A stretch of DNA of 64,000 bases from Thiotrichales bacterium (GCA_947478525.1 CANJVU010000004.1:22458-86457), one strand, 5' to 3'; numbered from the stretch's first letter, positions 10,050-17,513 are shown. The notes: generated by a model from the sequence alone, not told the origin. Program-made: numbers and translations.

Positions 10050-10077
10050 TTGACAATGAGTATTACCGTGTTATGAT
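10050..10077 (+). promoter_or_regulatory. sigma70-like promoter (TTGACA-16 nt-TATGAT) with AT-rich upstream tract
   Basis: -35 TTGACA at 10050-10055 and -10 TATGAT at 10072-10077. The upstream sequence TTTTTAATTAGCTTAAAATAAAG is UP-like. Confidence 0.5.
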
Positions 10078-10083
10078 GATGCC

Positions 10084-10172
10084 CGGCATTTGATAACTTA
10101 TTAGCCTGCTACAGCGCAACTTTCTCCTCCTCATTCATTGCGCTACACACCGTCAAATGCCACCTCTTTTTG
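10084..10172 (+). ncRNA. candidate ~90-nt sRNA: a single long hairpin with a CU-rich apical loop
   Basis: Predicted TSS is about 7 nt after the -10 box. Outer stem 10085-10093 / 10153-10161 (9 bp) and inner stem 10113-10119 / 10138-10144 (7 bp). Loop CTTTCTCCTCCTCATTCA, then ACCTC TTTTT. No ORF. Confidence 0.4.
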
Positions 10173-10355
10173 CTCAATCGCCACATGGCTCAATAGATAA
10201 AATCACCCAAAGCAGAAAACAATTGGTCGGATACTCAAAGAACAAACAACAACAATAATAACCAAAACTTCAGCACACCCGCCGCACTTTTAGTGCAAAG
10301 ATAAAATTGAGTGGTGGCAAGGCTTATATGGCGTTTTTTCATTTTCAAATATCCC

Positions 10356-10548
10356 GTGGCTGAGTGTGTTACGGTGTTACGCTTGTGTTACAGCCACTGC
10401 AATTACTCGCTTCCAGGATAGAATCTTCAAAATGTATTACAGTTGTAACACAGCGTCAACACCAATAAACTCATCGCTTGTGCCACAGCAAGAGAATAAA
10501 AATTAATCCGATTTTTATCATTTTTTTCTTGTGTTACGTTTGTGTTAC
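10356..10548. repeat. GTGTTAC iteron/operator array
   Basis: GTGTTAC at 10366, 10374, 10385, 10531 and 10542. Variant GTATTAC at 10434 faces an inverted GTAACAC at 10445 (7-4-7 palindrome). The first three copies are enclosed by stem 10356-62 / 10391-97. Confidence 0.6.
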
Positions 10549-10645
10549 ACATATTAAAGGTAGTCTTTCCTAAAATTAACAAGAGGGTTTATATGTTGCA
10601 TGAAGCCGTCACCATGAAATTAGGAAAGTCATTGCTTGATCAGGT

Positions 10646-11224
10646 TCAATGAACCATTGCAATAAAAGAAATCCTTTTTTGATATTGAGAAAAAACGCTT
10701 AAGAGCGGATCGAAGTCTAACGGCAATGCATCATCGTCTTCTAGTCGTACGCCAAAAATCAAATTACGATAATGAATCGATAAGTCACCCGCCGGGCTGG
10801 CTCTATGCAATGCGCTTGCAACCACCATACAATTTTTGAGTTCTTTTTTACAAACTATTTCCAAATGCCGGGTATTTTCTTGCGCAAAAAGCTCAGGATC
10901 ATTTGCCAGGAGAGCAGCGACTGCCTCCTGATCACCACTAAAAAACACCTGAATATCGAGAAGACCAACGTCAAATGTTTGGGTTTCAAGCATTATTGGA
11001 AGAAGCCCATGATGCCGGCGGGCATAATCCATTTTAGAAAACACCCAGTCAGCGAAGTTTAAATCGGTTACCCCAACAGTATCATCCGGTAAACGCACCA
11101 TCAAAGGAACTGTGCCTTGAGTTTGTCCGCCGTCCTTCAAGACATTGGTATTATAATAATGCCTTGCTGTGTTATAAGGCACAGCTACAACACATGATTC
11201 TATTGCAATTTTTATTTGACTCAT
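10646..11224 (-). CDS. hypothetical protein (192 aa), last gene of the hcp operon
   Basis: ORF abuts the upstream gene with a 1-nt gap. No recognisable motif. Confidence 0.65.
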   Translation of the reverse strand: MSQIKIAIESCVVAVPYNTARHYYNTNVLKDGGQTQGTVPLMVRLPDDTVGVTDLNFADWVFSKMDYARRHHGLLPIMLETQTFDVGLLDIQVFFSGDQEAVAALLANDPELFAQENTRHLEIVCKKELKNCMVVASALHRASPAGDLSIHYRNLIFGVRLEDDDALPLDFDPLLSVFSQYQKRISFIAMVH

Positions 11225-11225
11225 T

Positions 11226-11600
11226 TTATTTTACCATCAAGCCAACAAACATCCATATAATTGCCACGGGCGCAAAACCCCCCAAACCAATTATCCCAAC
11301 CCAACAAATAATTCGCTCAAACAAATTAGTATTTCTATAATAATCATAATCCAAATACTCTTTGCTAACCGCTGTTTTTTTAGGGGGTTTTTTCAATATG
11401 ACGAACATCATATAAGTAGTGCATCTTAAAAGTGGGCTAACGAGAATACTTTGTGGATCAAATGGAACTACTGGGGTTTGACCAAATATCTTATCGAATT
11501 TTCTCCTAACGAAAAACATGGCCATTAAAAAGCCAACCATCATCGCACAGAAAAATATTTGCCCCAAAAAGCCAAGCCAGCAATAAATTTGAGTCAACAT
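11226..11600 (-). CDS. small polytopic membrane protein (124 aa), candidate immunity protein
   Basis: Hydrophobic segments appear at both ends (LGFLGQIFFCAMMVGFLMAMFFV; WVGIIGLGGFAPVAIIWMFVGLMV). Lies immediately downstream of the putative effector. Confidence 0.65.
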   Translation of the reverse strand: MLTQIYCWLGFLGQIFFCAMMVGFLMAMFFVRRKFDKIFGQTPVVPFDPQSILVSPLLRCTTYMMFVILKKPPKKTAVSKEYLDYDYYRNTNLFERIICWVGIIGLGGFAPVAIIWMFVGLMVK

Positions 11601-11616
11601 TTAACAAATACCTCTA

Positions 11617-12663
11617 TTAACGATTATCATGCAGCAATTTTTTTGAAACAATATCAGCAAATTCACCACCAAGAATTGCAATCAATGCCGACGGTATGAT
11701 CACCCACCAGCATGTTATTCCAAAAATCATGAATATAGTGCCAACGGCATAACCACCCACCCAACTCCCTCCAACGTCCGACGCCCCCTCTATAAGCTCT
11801 TTTACCCAAGACCCACCTTTCTCATAAGTTTGGATTGTATCGCCTACAACATTAATTGCTTCCAGTGCAATAATACTATGACTCGCAAACTTTGAGTATT
11901 TAGCCACATCACTAAGCGTCTTATACGCATCCGAACCAACCACCGAAAAACTTTTCTTATATTTAACCAGCTTCAACATCTTGCCAGGGTCATTGATAAA
12001 AGCAATCTTTTTACTCGTTCGCTGTATATTGTTGAGTAGTTTTATTTCAACATTAAATCTTTCATTGAGCTCAAGGTGCGCTTTTTTAAATGCCTCGTTG
12101 TATGCGTCTCTTTCTGATACAGGGAGCTTCAGAATTGCCTTACCTTGATTTTCTAATTTCAGCATTTCGTTGTTAAGGTCTCTCGCGCGGTCTTTCACAT
12201 GATCTGCAAATTGCTCTGAAAGTGCGATTACTCCAACTGCTGCACCATTCATGATTGTGTTAGGGTTTATACCCCTTAACCGCTGAATACCCGCAATCAA
12301 CATCCCAGCAGAGGCAATGCTCATGAGATCATAAGCACCACTGGTTATTTCAGCAATCCGCATCCGTGTTTCATAATCCTGACGATTGTGATACAGCAAG
12401 GCGGATTGGATAGATGAGTCTGGTTTTTGATGCTTCCCAGCGGGTGGCAAATATAGTGCATAACCAGGTTTGAGTGGCATGTTAACTTGGCCTGGCCTTA
12501 TGCCCATATAGCGTATTTGCGCATCATTGTCAGAAATCAATGTGGATATATACGCGCTAATCCCCTCTGATGTTCGCCGAGGAGAATGGGCGCGTGCAAT
12601 GCTGGCCAGCGTGTCGCCTGGTTTAACCGTATAGTTATCATAGATACCAATTGTAATAGCCAT
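11617..12663 (-). CDS. LysM-domain protein with C-terminal glycine-zipper/TM region, candidate Hcp-associated effector
   Basis: N-terminal LysM-like YTVKPGDTLASIARAH...IRPGQVNMPLKPGYALYLP. C-terminal GGSWVGGYAVGTIFMIFGITCWWVIIPSALIAILGG. Confidence 0.75.
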   Translation of the reverse strand: MAITIGIYDNYTVKPGDTLASIARAHSPRRTSEGISAYISTLISDNDAQIRYMGIRPGQVNMPLKPGYALYLPPAGKHQKPDSSIQSALLYHNRQDYETRMRIAEITSGAYDLMSIASAGMLIAGIQRLRGINPNTIMNGAAVGVIALSEQFADHVKDRARDLNNEMLKLENQGKAILKLPVSERDAYNEAFKKAHLELNERFNVEIKLLNNIQRTSKKIAFINDPGKMLKLVKYKKSFSVVGSDAYKTLSDVAKYSKFASHSIIALEAINVVGDTIQTYEKGGSWVKELIEGASDVGGSWVGGYAVGTIFMIFGITCWWVIIPSALIAILGGEFADIVSKKLLHDNR

Positions 12664-12673
12664 TGGCTACCCC

Positions 12674-13159
12674 TTACATTTTTTGTGCATTAGGTAAGTT
12701 GTAACCTGTGATATAAGGGCTTTCTGCGATGTTCCCTTGGCTGCGTGGCGTGTAGGTGCGTTCAATGGTTCCATAATTCAGTGTGTAATACTCAATGGTT
12801 TTATCGATACCGTCATGATGCTCAAAGCTGTGCGAACTCACCAACACACTGGTTAACCGGATTCTCTCGTAAACAACAGGGGGAGTGGCAGTACTAACAA
12901 AATCAATTTCAACATTGGGAATGACTTTTTGAGTATTGGCGTATTCAAATAACAGGATTGAACTTTGGTCGGTAGTTTTAACAATCGATATCTCGCCGAA
13001 GCTTGGGCGGTTATTAACGCGATTATCCGCCTTACCCACGATTTCACTCAAGCTGACACTAACGCCACCAAAGGTAAGGCTATCTAACGCAATCCAATTC
13101 TCAAAACCCTTGGTGGTAACGTTGCCTTGGATTTTATCGGCCTTCATGTAAATACTCAT
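12674..13159 (-). CDS. hcp: Hcp-family (type VI secretion tube) protein
   Basis: 161 aa. Aligns by eye along its length with Hcp1:
- IYMKADKIQGNVTTKGFENWIALDSLTFG
- ISIVKTTDQSSILLFEYANTQKVIPNVEIDF
- LTSVLVSSHS
- YYTLNYGTIERTYTP

RBS AAGGAGC is present. Confidence 0.85.
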   Translation of the reverse strand: MSIYMKADKIQGNVTTKGFENWIALDSLTFGGVSVSLSEIVGKADNRVNNRPSFGEISIVKTTDQSSILLFEYANTQKVIPNVEIDFVSTATPPVVYERIRLTSVLVSSHSFEHHDGIDKTIEYYTLNYGTIERTYTPRSQGNIAESPYITGYNLPNAQKM

Positions 13160-13214
13160 TTGACGCTCCTTGTTGTAATTTTAATTTTAGATTTTAACTA
13201 TCCTATGGCGGGAG

Positions 13215-13243
13215 ATTGTACAAGACCTATTGTAGACATTCAA
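13215..13243 (-). promoter_or_regulatory. sigma70-like promoter for the hcp operon (TTGAAT-17 nt-TACAAT)
   Basis: On the minus strand, -35 TTGAAT is at 13243-13238 and -10 TACAAT at 13220-13215, about 55 nt upstream of the hcp ATG. Confidence 0.5.
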
Positions 13244-13441
13244 GCTGTTATTGGCATTTTGTTTCGCTATCATTCCTAGTCATGATTTAAGCGACTTCAA
13301 AAAATCCGTTTTTTATAAAGCACTGGATCAACGGCAACCAGCTGGCGCTTCCCCTCCTCGCCGAAATAGGTGGGGCGGCTATATGAGTTGCAACAGCGTA
13401 TTATTGTTTTTATTCGCCATTACCGCCCACAAGACACCCCA

Positions 13442-13918
13442 TTACTCCTCGCCCTCTCCATTGATCAGATTCCATGCCGGCCAAAGCCCTTTCTCGCGGA
13501 TGGCGTCTTGAATCATAAACAGCTTCGGTAAAAATCGGTTTTTTGCTTCCACAAAGTGGTTTTGATTTGCAATGCTGTAACCAATGGTGGTGAACGCATG
13601 ACCTGCATCTATTGGCGCAACTGCACGCTCTATCAATAACGCCTCAGCGGCGTGTTCCATCATTAACTCTTGGCGACTGGTAAGCTGGTCTTTTACGCAG
13701 TAATCACGCGGCCTGAATTCAATAAGCAACGTCGCATTGTCTTCAATGAATTTGATTTGTTGGCGGGATAACGGATTACCCGCGCTCACGCTTTGAATAA
13801 CGCTCAACACGGTAGGCGTTTTTCTTAACAAAGGCTGCCGCCCACCTCGAGGTACGCGCATAGGCATGGTATTTTTTAAGCTAATAAGGTCTGTTGTATT
13901 GTTGCGTGACTGTCTCAT
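13442..13918 (-). CDS. hypothetical protein (158 aa)
   Basis: ORF only, no recognisable motif. Follows the 80-aa ORF with a 14-nt gap. Confidence 0.55.
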   Translation of the reverse strand: MRQSRNNTTDLISLKNTMPMRVPRGGRQPLLRKTPTVLSVIQSVSAGNPLSRQQIKFIEDNATLLIEFRPRDYCVKDQLTSRQELMMEHAAEALLIERAVAPIDAGHAFTTIGYSIANQNHFVEAKNRFLPKLFMIQDAIREKGLWPAWNLINGEGEE

Positions 13919-13932
13919 TGCCGGTTCCTCGC

Positions 13933-14175
13933 TTATTTCAATCTGACTTGTTCAGCATATTCAATACCGGCAAAGAAAGTGATTTGGGTGGCGATGTTTA
14001 ATGGTAGCTGATTCAATAATTGCTGGTTTTGCGCCAACACCAGGGCAGAAGCGATGATGGGGTCTTGTGAGCCGATTGTTAACGTTACCGTGATGGTGCG
14101 ATCCGCTAAGTTTTGGTGAATCAGGGCCAGACAAGCTAGGGGATTACTGGCGAGACTTTGATTTGAAACGATCAT
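13933..14175 (-). CDS. hypothetical protein (80 aa)
   Basis: ORF only. Start context AATAGGAAATCACC-ATG. Confidence 0.45.
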   Translation of the reverse strand: MIVSNQSLASNPLACLALIHQNLADRTITVTLTIGSQDPIIASALVLAQNQQLLNQLPLNIATQITFFAGIEYAEQVRLK

Positions 14176-14278
14176 GGTGATTTCCTATTATTGTTATTAT
14201 TGATCTGTGAAACGTCGAACTGGTGCAAGGTCTATCAATGATTCGCCTTGCACAACCATTCAACACGCTAAGCGGCGA

Positions 14279-14437
14279 TTACGCCGCCTCTCCTTTCTCC
14301 TCAGAAATTTGTTGCTCTAAGAATTGTGCTGTAAACAACGCAGTAGTTAAGAACCCTTCTGTGCTTACCGCGTCCAAGTTGGAGCGTTCACCTGGGGTGC
14401 CATAAATCAATTGTAATGTTTTAATTAGCGCTGACAT
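14279..14437 (-). CDS. small ORF (52 aa), below the ORF-track cutoff
   Basis: Strong RBS AAAGGAGAAG 6 nt before the ATG at 14437. Product: MSALIKTLQLIYGTPGERSNLDAVSTEGFLTTALFTAQFLEQQISEEKGEAA. The stop is followed by stem GCGGCG-taat-CGCCGC. Confidence 0.4.
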   Translation of the reverse strand: MSALIKTLQLIYGTPGERSNLDAVSTEGFLTTALFTAQFLEQQISEEKGEAA

Positions 14438-14631
14438 GGTAACTTCTCCTTTTGCGGTAGTTGTCGAAGCAGAGCTAAGATTAAAAGTAATTCGACATAG
14501 GCTCCACCGAAATGTTGCTGTTCAATTATTAAATTGCATAAAGCGATTCAATAATTTAATCGAGAAATAGAGCTTGTTTAAAAAGTTAAGCTATAATGTA
14601 ATACGCACCGACAATTAAGAGAGTAGTTATT

Positions 14632-15921
14632 ATGGCTAAAAATATTAATCGTGATATACAGCTTTTATCGTTTGAAGAAGCACGGCCAATGTTAAAAAAG
14701 GCTGTTCCTGATCTGTGCCATGAGATTGATTTATTAGAAGTGGATGATAGCTACAAAATATTAAAAATGCGCTATGACTATGGTGATTTCATCTTAGACA
14801 AAGGGAAATTTTTTGTACCCGATGGCAAAGGTGGCTTAGTGTTCAAAGATTCTCAAGAGTGCGATAAAACTGTACGTGATTTATTAAGCTATCAATCTTC
14901 AATGCCAATGGTTGTGCCAATAAAAAATGCTTTAGAAGTTTTTGTTGATCACTCTCAGCGCCCCATTCCTTTTGTGTTGGCTCGCGAAGGCCATATTTTA
15001 GGATTGCCACCCATATTAGAGCCATCATCAAGGCTTGACCCGCCAGTTTGCTGGACTGTTTGTGCTGGCGCCAGAGTAGCGATGATGTTGCCTAAAATTG
15101 CACATAATACCCACCATGCTCGTTTATGCAAAAAACTTTCTATCAAGACACCCTGCCCCGATGGTGTATATGAGCACTTTAATGTGTTTAAAGCCATTAA
15201 TCGTGCAGATGCAACGCGCTCGTGGACAGTTGAAGTTTTGGTTTTTACAGGCAAATGGTTTGCTGATCGCACATCCCAGCCGTGGCGCCTCTTTCGAGAG
15301 TATTTATTTAAAGTGTTATGGAATAGCCATGCCTATCGCATGGTTGATGAAATTTACGGTATTCTATTAAGCGAAATAACCAGGAAATTTAAAGTTTCCC
15401 CGGAAATATTTAGCACATTAGAGTACATTGTGAACATTTCCCAAGGTAAAAAACTAGGCCATATCCTGGCGGTGAATGATCACACGCTACCACTATCATC
15501 AATACAAAACGCCTACAGAGAACACTACCAGTTGAAAGAATTTGACCCTGAGATTATTCACTCAGGATACTTGTCAGACCAGGGCGAGGCATTTTATTCA
15601 CTAATGCACCCTAATCGCAGTGATTTTTTCCGCGCTAACAATGGTTATTTGCCAAAACTGTCCGAACTATCGAAACTACTGGATTTAATTAATTACCTAA
15701 AAGAGTACCTATCACATGATGATCGCGGCGAATTATCTGTATTGCAGATGATTAAAACCCTGCACTATCAGGGGATTCACTTTCAGGCAAATCTTGATGA
15801 AAACATCATATCAACTGCCACACTTGCAGAACAATATGCAAAATCGAAGAAAGCGAAAAGATTCCCCCTTCACGCCAGTTACTTTTGTGGTGCAGTTAAA
15901 ATTTCTACCCCACTGAAATAG
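14632..15921 (+). CDS. hypothetical protein (429 aa), orphan
   Basis: Long ORF with a perfect -10 TATAAT at 14592-14597 and RBS-like AAGAGAG. No recognisable domain. Confidence 0.7.
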   Translation: MAKNINRDIQLLSFEEARPMLKKAVPDLCHEIDLLEVDDSYKILKMRYDYGDFILDKGKFFVPDGKGGLVFKDSQECDKTVRDLLSYQSSMPMVVPIKNALEVFVDHSQRPIPFVLAREGHILGLPPILEPSSRLDPPVCWTVCAGARVAMMLPKIAHNTHHARLCKKLSIKTPCPDGVYEHFNVFKAINRADATRSWTVEVLVFTGKWFADRTSQPWRLFREYLFKVLWNSHAYRMVDEIYGILLSEITRKFKVSPEIFSTLEYIVNISQGKKLGHILAVNDHTLPLSSIQNAYREHYQLKEFDPEIIHSGYLSDQGEAFYSLMHPNRSDFFRANNGYLPKLSELSKLLDLINYLKEYLSHDDRGELSVLQMIKTLHYQGIHFQANLDENIISTATLAEQYAKSKKAKRFPLHASYFCGAVKISTPLK

Positions 15922-16070
15922 TTGAATGGCTGTGTGAAAAAAACGTTAAATCATCAAAATGTTTTATTTTGTTTTTCATTTGCGTTTTCCTCGCTTGATT
16001 GACTGCTGAACTACCGCAAGGATGTTATCACACATAAGGGTTTCAGAAAAGTGAAAAAGTTGATTTAAAT

Positions 16071-17513
16071 CTATTTCATCATTTTTTTCAACGTTTTTGC
16101 TAATGCATAAGCAACGCACGCAACAACAAGAGTTACCACCCCTATATAACCGAAAAAATCTCGATAATAGGTGGCTTGTGACATGTGTAACAATGTTGAT
16201 TTTAATAACGTTTCTCCTACCTTTCCCATCAAGCCAGACAAATAGCCGGAAAATGCAAACGCTAAAAAATAAATCCCCATAAAAGAGCTTTTCAAATGCT
16301 TTGGCGCAAGAAATTCAATAGCAGCCATGATGGTTGGGATAGCGCACAACTCGCCAGCACCAAGCAAAACATTACCAAAAATCATCAACCACATGCGCAC
16401 ATTCACGCCATCCACAAACTCAATCGACGCTGAGAGCGACAATACAATAAATGCCAATCCACTCAGCAACACACCAAGCGCCACCATGAAAGGTGCTGAG
16501 ATGGTTTTATTCTCATACCCTAAACGCTTCGATGCAGCGCTAAAAACAAAAGCCAGAACAATAACCGCAAAAGGTTCTACCGATGCAAAAAACTCCACGG
16601 GTATGGTGAAGCCAAACAAGGTATGTTGCATCGCTCGGCTAACGTAAAGCATCATAGAACTACCCATTTGCATTTCACCAGCGGCAACCATAATGGTAAA
16701 AATACAAAAAGCTGCAAACACAATAACCCGCTGGCGTTCTGAACCAGCCATTTTACACATGGACACAATGAAACCTACAACCATTGCAACCGCCATAATG
16801 GCGATAATATTGGAAAATATATTAGGGTGCTGAAATAGTGCAATGAACATCAATAACAAACACAAAATTGCAGCCACTGCTAAAAATTGAGTCAATTGCG
16901 GTTTTTTAGATAGAACGGGGGTATTGTTATGCTGTCCAAAATATTTGCGATAAATCAGATATAACGCTGAGGCCAACAGCATACACGCTCCGCTTACGAT
17001 AAATCCGCCTTTCCAACCTAGAATGGTTGCTGTGCCAATGCCAAATAATACAGGTCCAAGAATACCGCCTAAATTCATTGCCATATAAAACAGTGTAAAC
17101 CCGCCACTGCGTAGCGTTTGATTGTTTTTATAACATACTCCCAATTGAGTACTAGCATTGCCTTTTAACAAGCCGATACCTAAAACAACACACGCCAATC
17201 CACTATAAAAAGGCAACGGCAAAGGGTAGATTAAAATGAAATTACCAATGGCAATTAATAAAGTCCCTAGAGTGATTGCGTATCTGAGTCCCAAGTATCG
17301 ATCTGCAATGTAACCGCCAATTACCGGTGTTGCAAAGCCAAGAGCGCTGTACAAACCAAATGTGGCATATGCCTGTTGATCTGAGAATAGAAATTGCTTG
17401 GTCACATACAGCATTAAAACCGCTTGAATGCCATAATAACTTATTCTGTCACAAGCTTCTGCAAAGCTCAGAATATAAAGTCCTGTTGGATGTCTTAGTT
17501 TGCCGTCAGTCAT
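16071..17513 (-). CDS. POT/PTR2-family proton-dependent peptide transporter (divergent, island-borne)
   Basis: 480 aa with POT signatures GGYIADRYLG and FTLFYMAMNLGG. The N-terminal motif reads EACDRISYYG, where the three chromosomal paralogs have EMWERFGYYG. Confidence 0.85.
   Translation of the reverse strand: MTDGKLRHPTGLYILSFAEACDRISYYGIQAVLMLYVTKQFLFSDQQAYATFGLYSALGFATPVIGGYIADRYLGLRYAITLGTLLIAIGNFILIYPLPLPFYSGLACVVLGIGLLKGNASTQLGVCYKNNQTLRSGGFTLFYMAMNLGGILGPVLFGIGTATILGWKGGFIVSGACMLLASALYLIYRKYFGQHNNTPVLSKKPQLTQFLAVAAILCLLLMFIALFQHPNIFSNIIAIMAVAMVVGFIVSMCKMAGSERQRVIVFAAFCIFTIMVAAGEMQMGSSMMLYVSRAMQHTLFGFTIPVEFFASVEPFAVIVLAFVFSAASKRLGYENKTISAPFMVALGVLLSGLAFIVLSLSASIEFVDGVNVRMWLMIFGNVLLGAGELCAIPTIMAAIEFLAPKHLKSSFMGIYFLAFAFSGYLSGLMGKVGETLLKSTLLHMSQATYYRDFFGYIGVVTLVVACVAYALAKTLKKMMK

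Noticed and set aside
10593-10652. 19-aa ORF (MLHEAVTMKLGKSLLDQVQ) with RBS-like AAGAGGG, convergently overlapping the end of the 192-aa gene
   Set aside because: It is too short and uninformative to support and could arise by chance. I noted it only because it lies between 8-bp complementary segments (10565-72 / 10621-28).
12674-13159. Calling the region a type VI secretion system locus
   Set aside because: Only hcp and putative effector/immunity genes are present. No tssB/C, vgrG, tssM or clpV was seen in 64 kb, so only an orphan Hcp module can be claimed.
13251-13511. 86-aa plus-strand ORF between the 158-aa gene and hcp
   Set aside because: It overlaps the hcp promoter region and the 3' end of the 158-aa gene on the opposite strand. 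It has no RBS.
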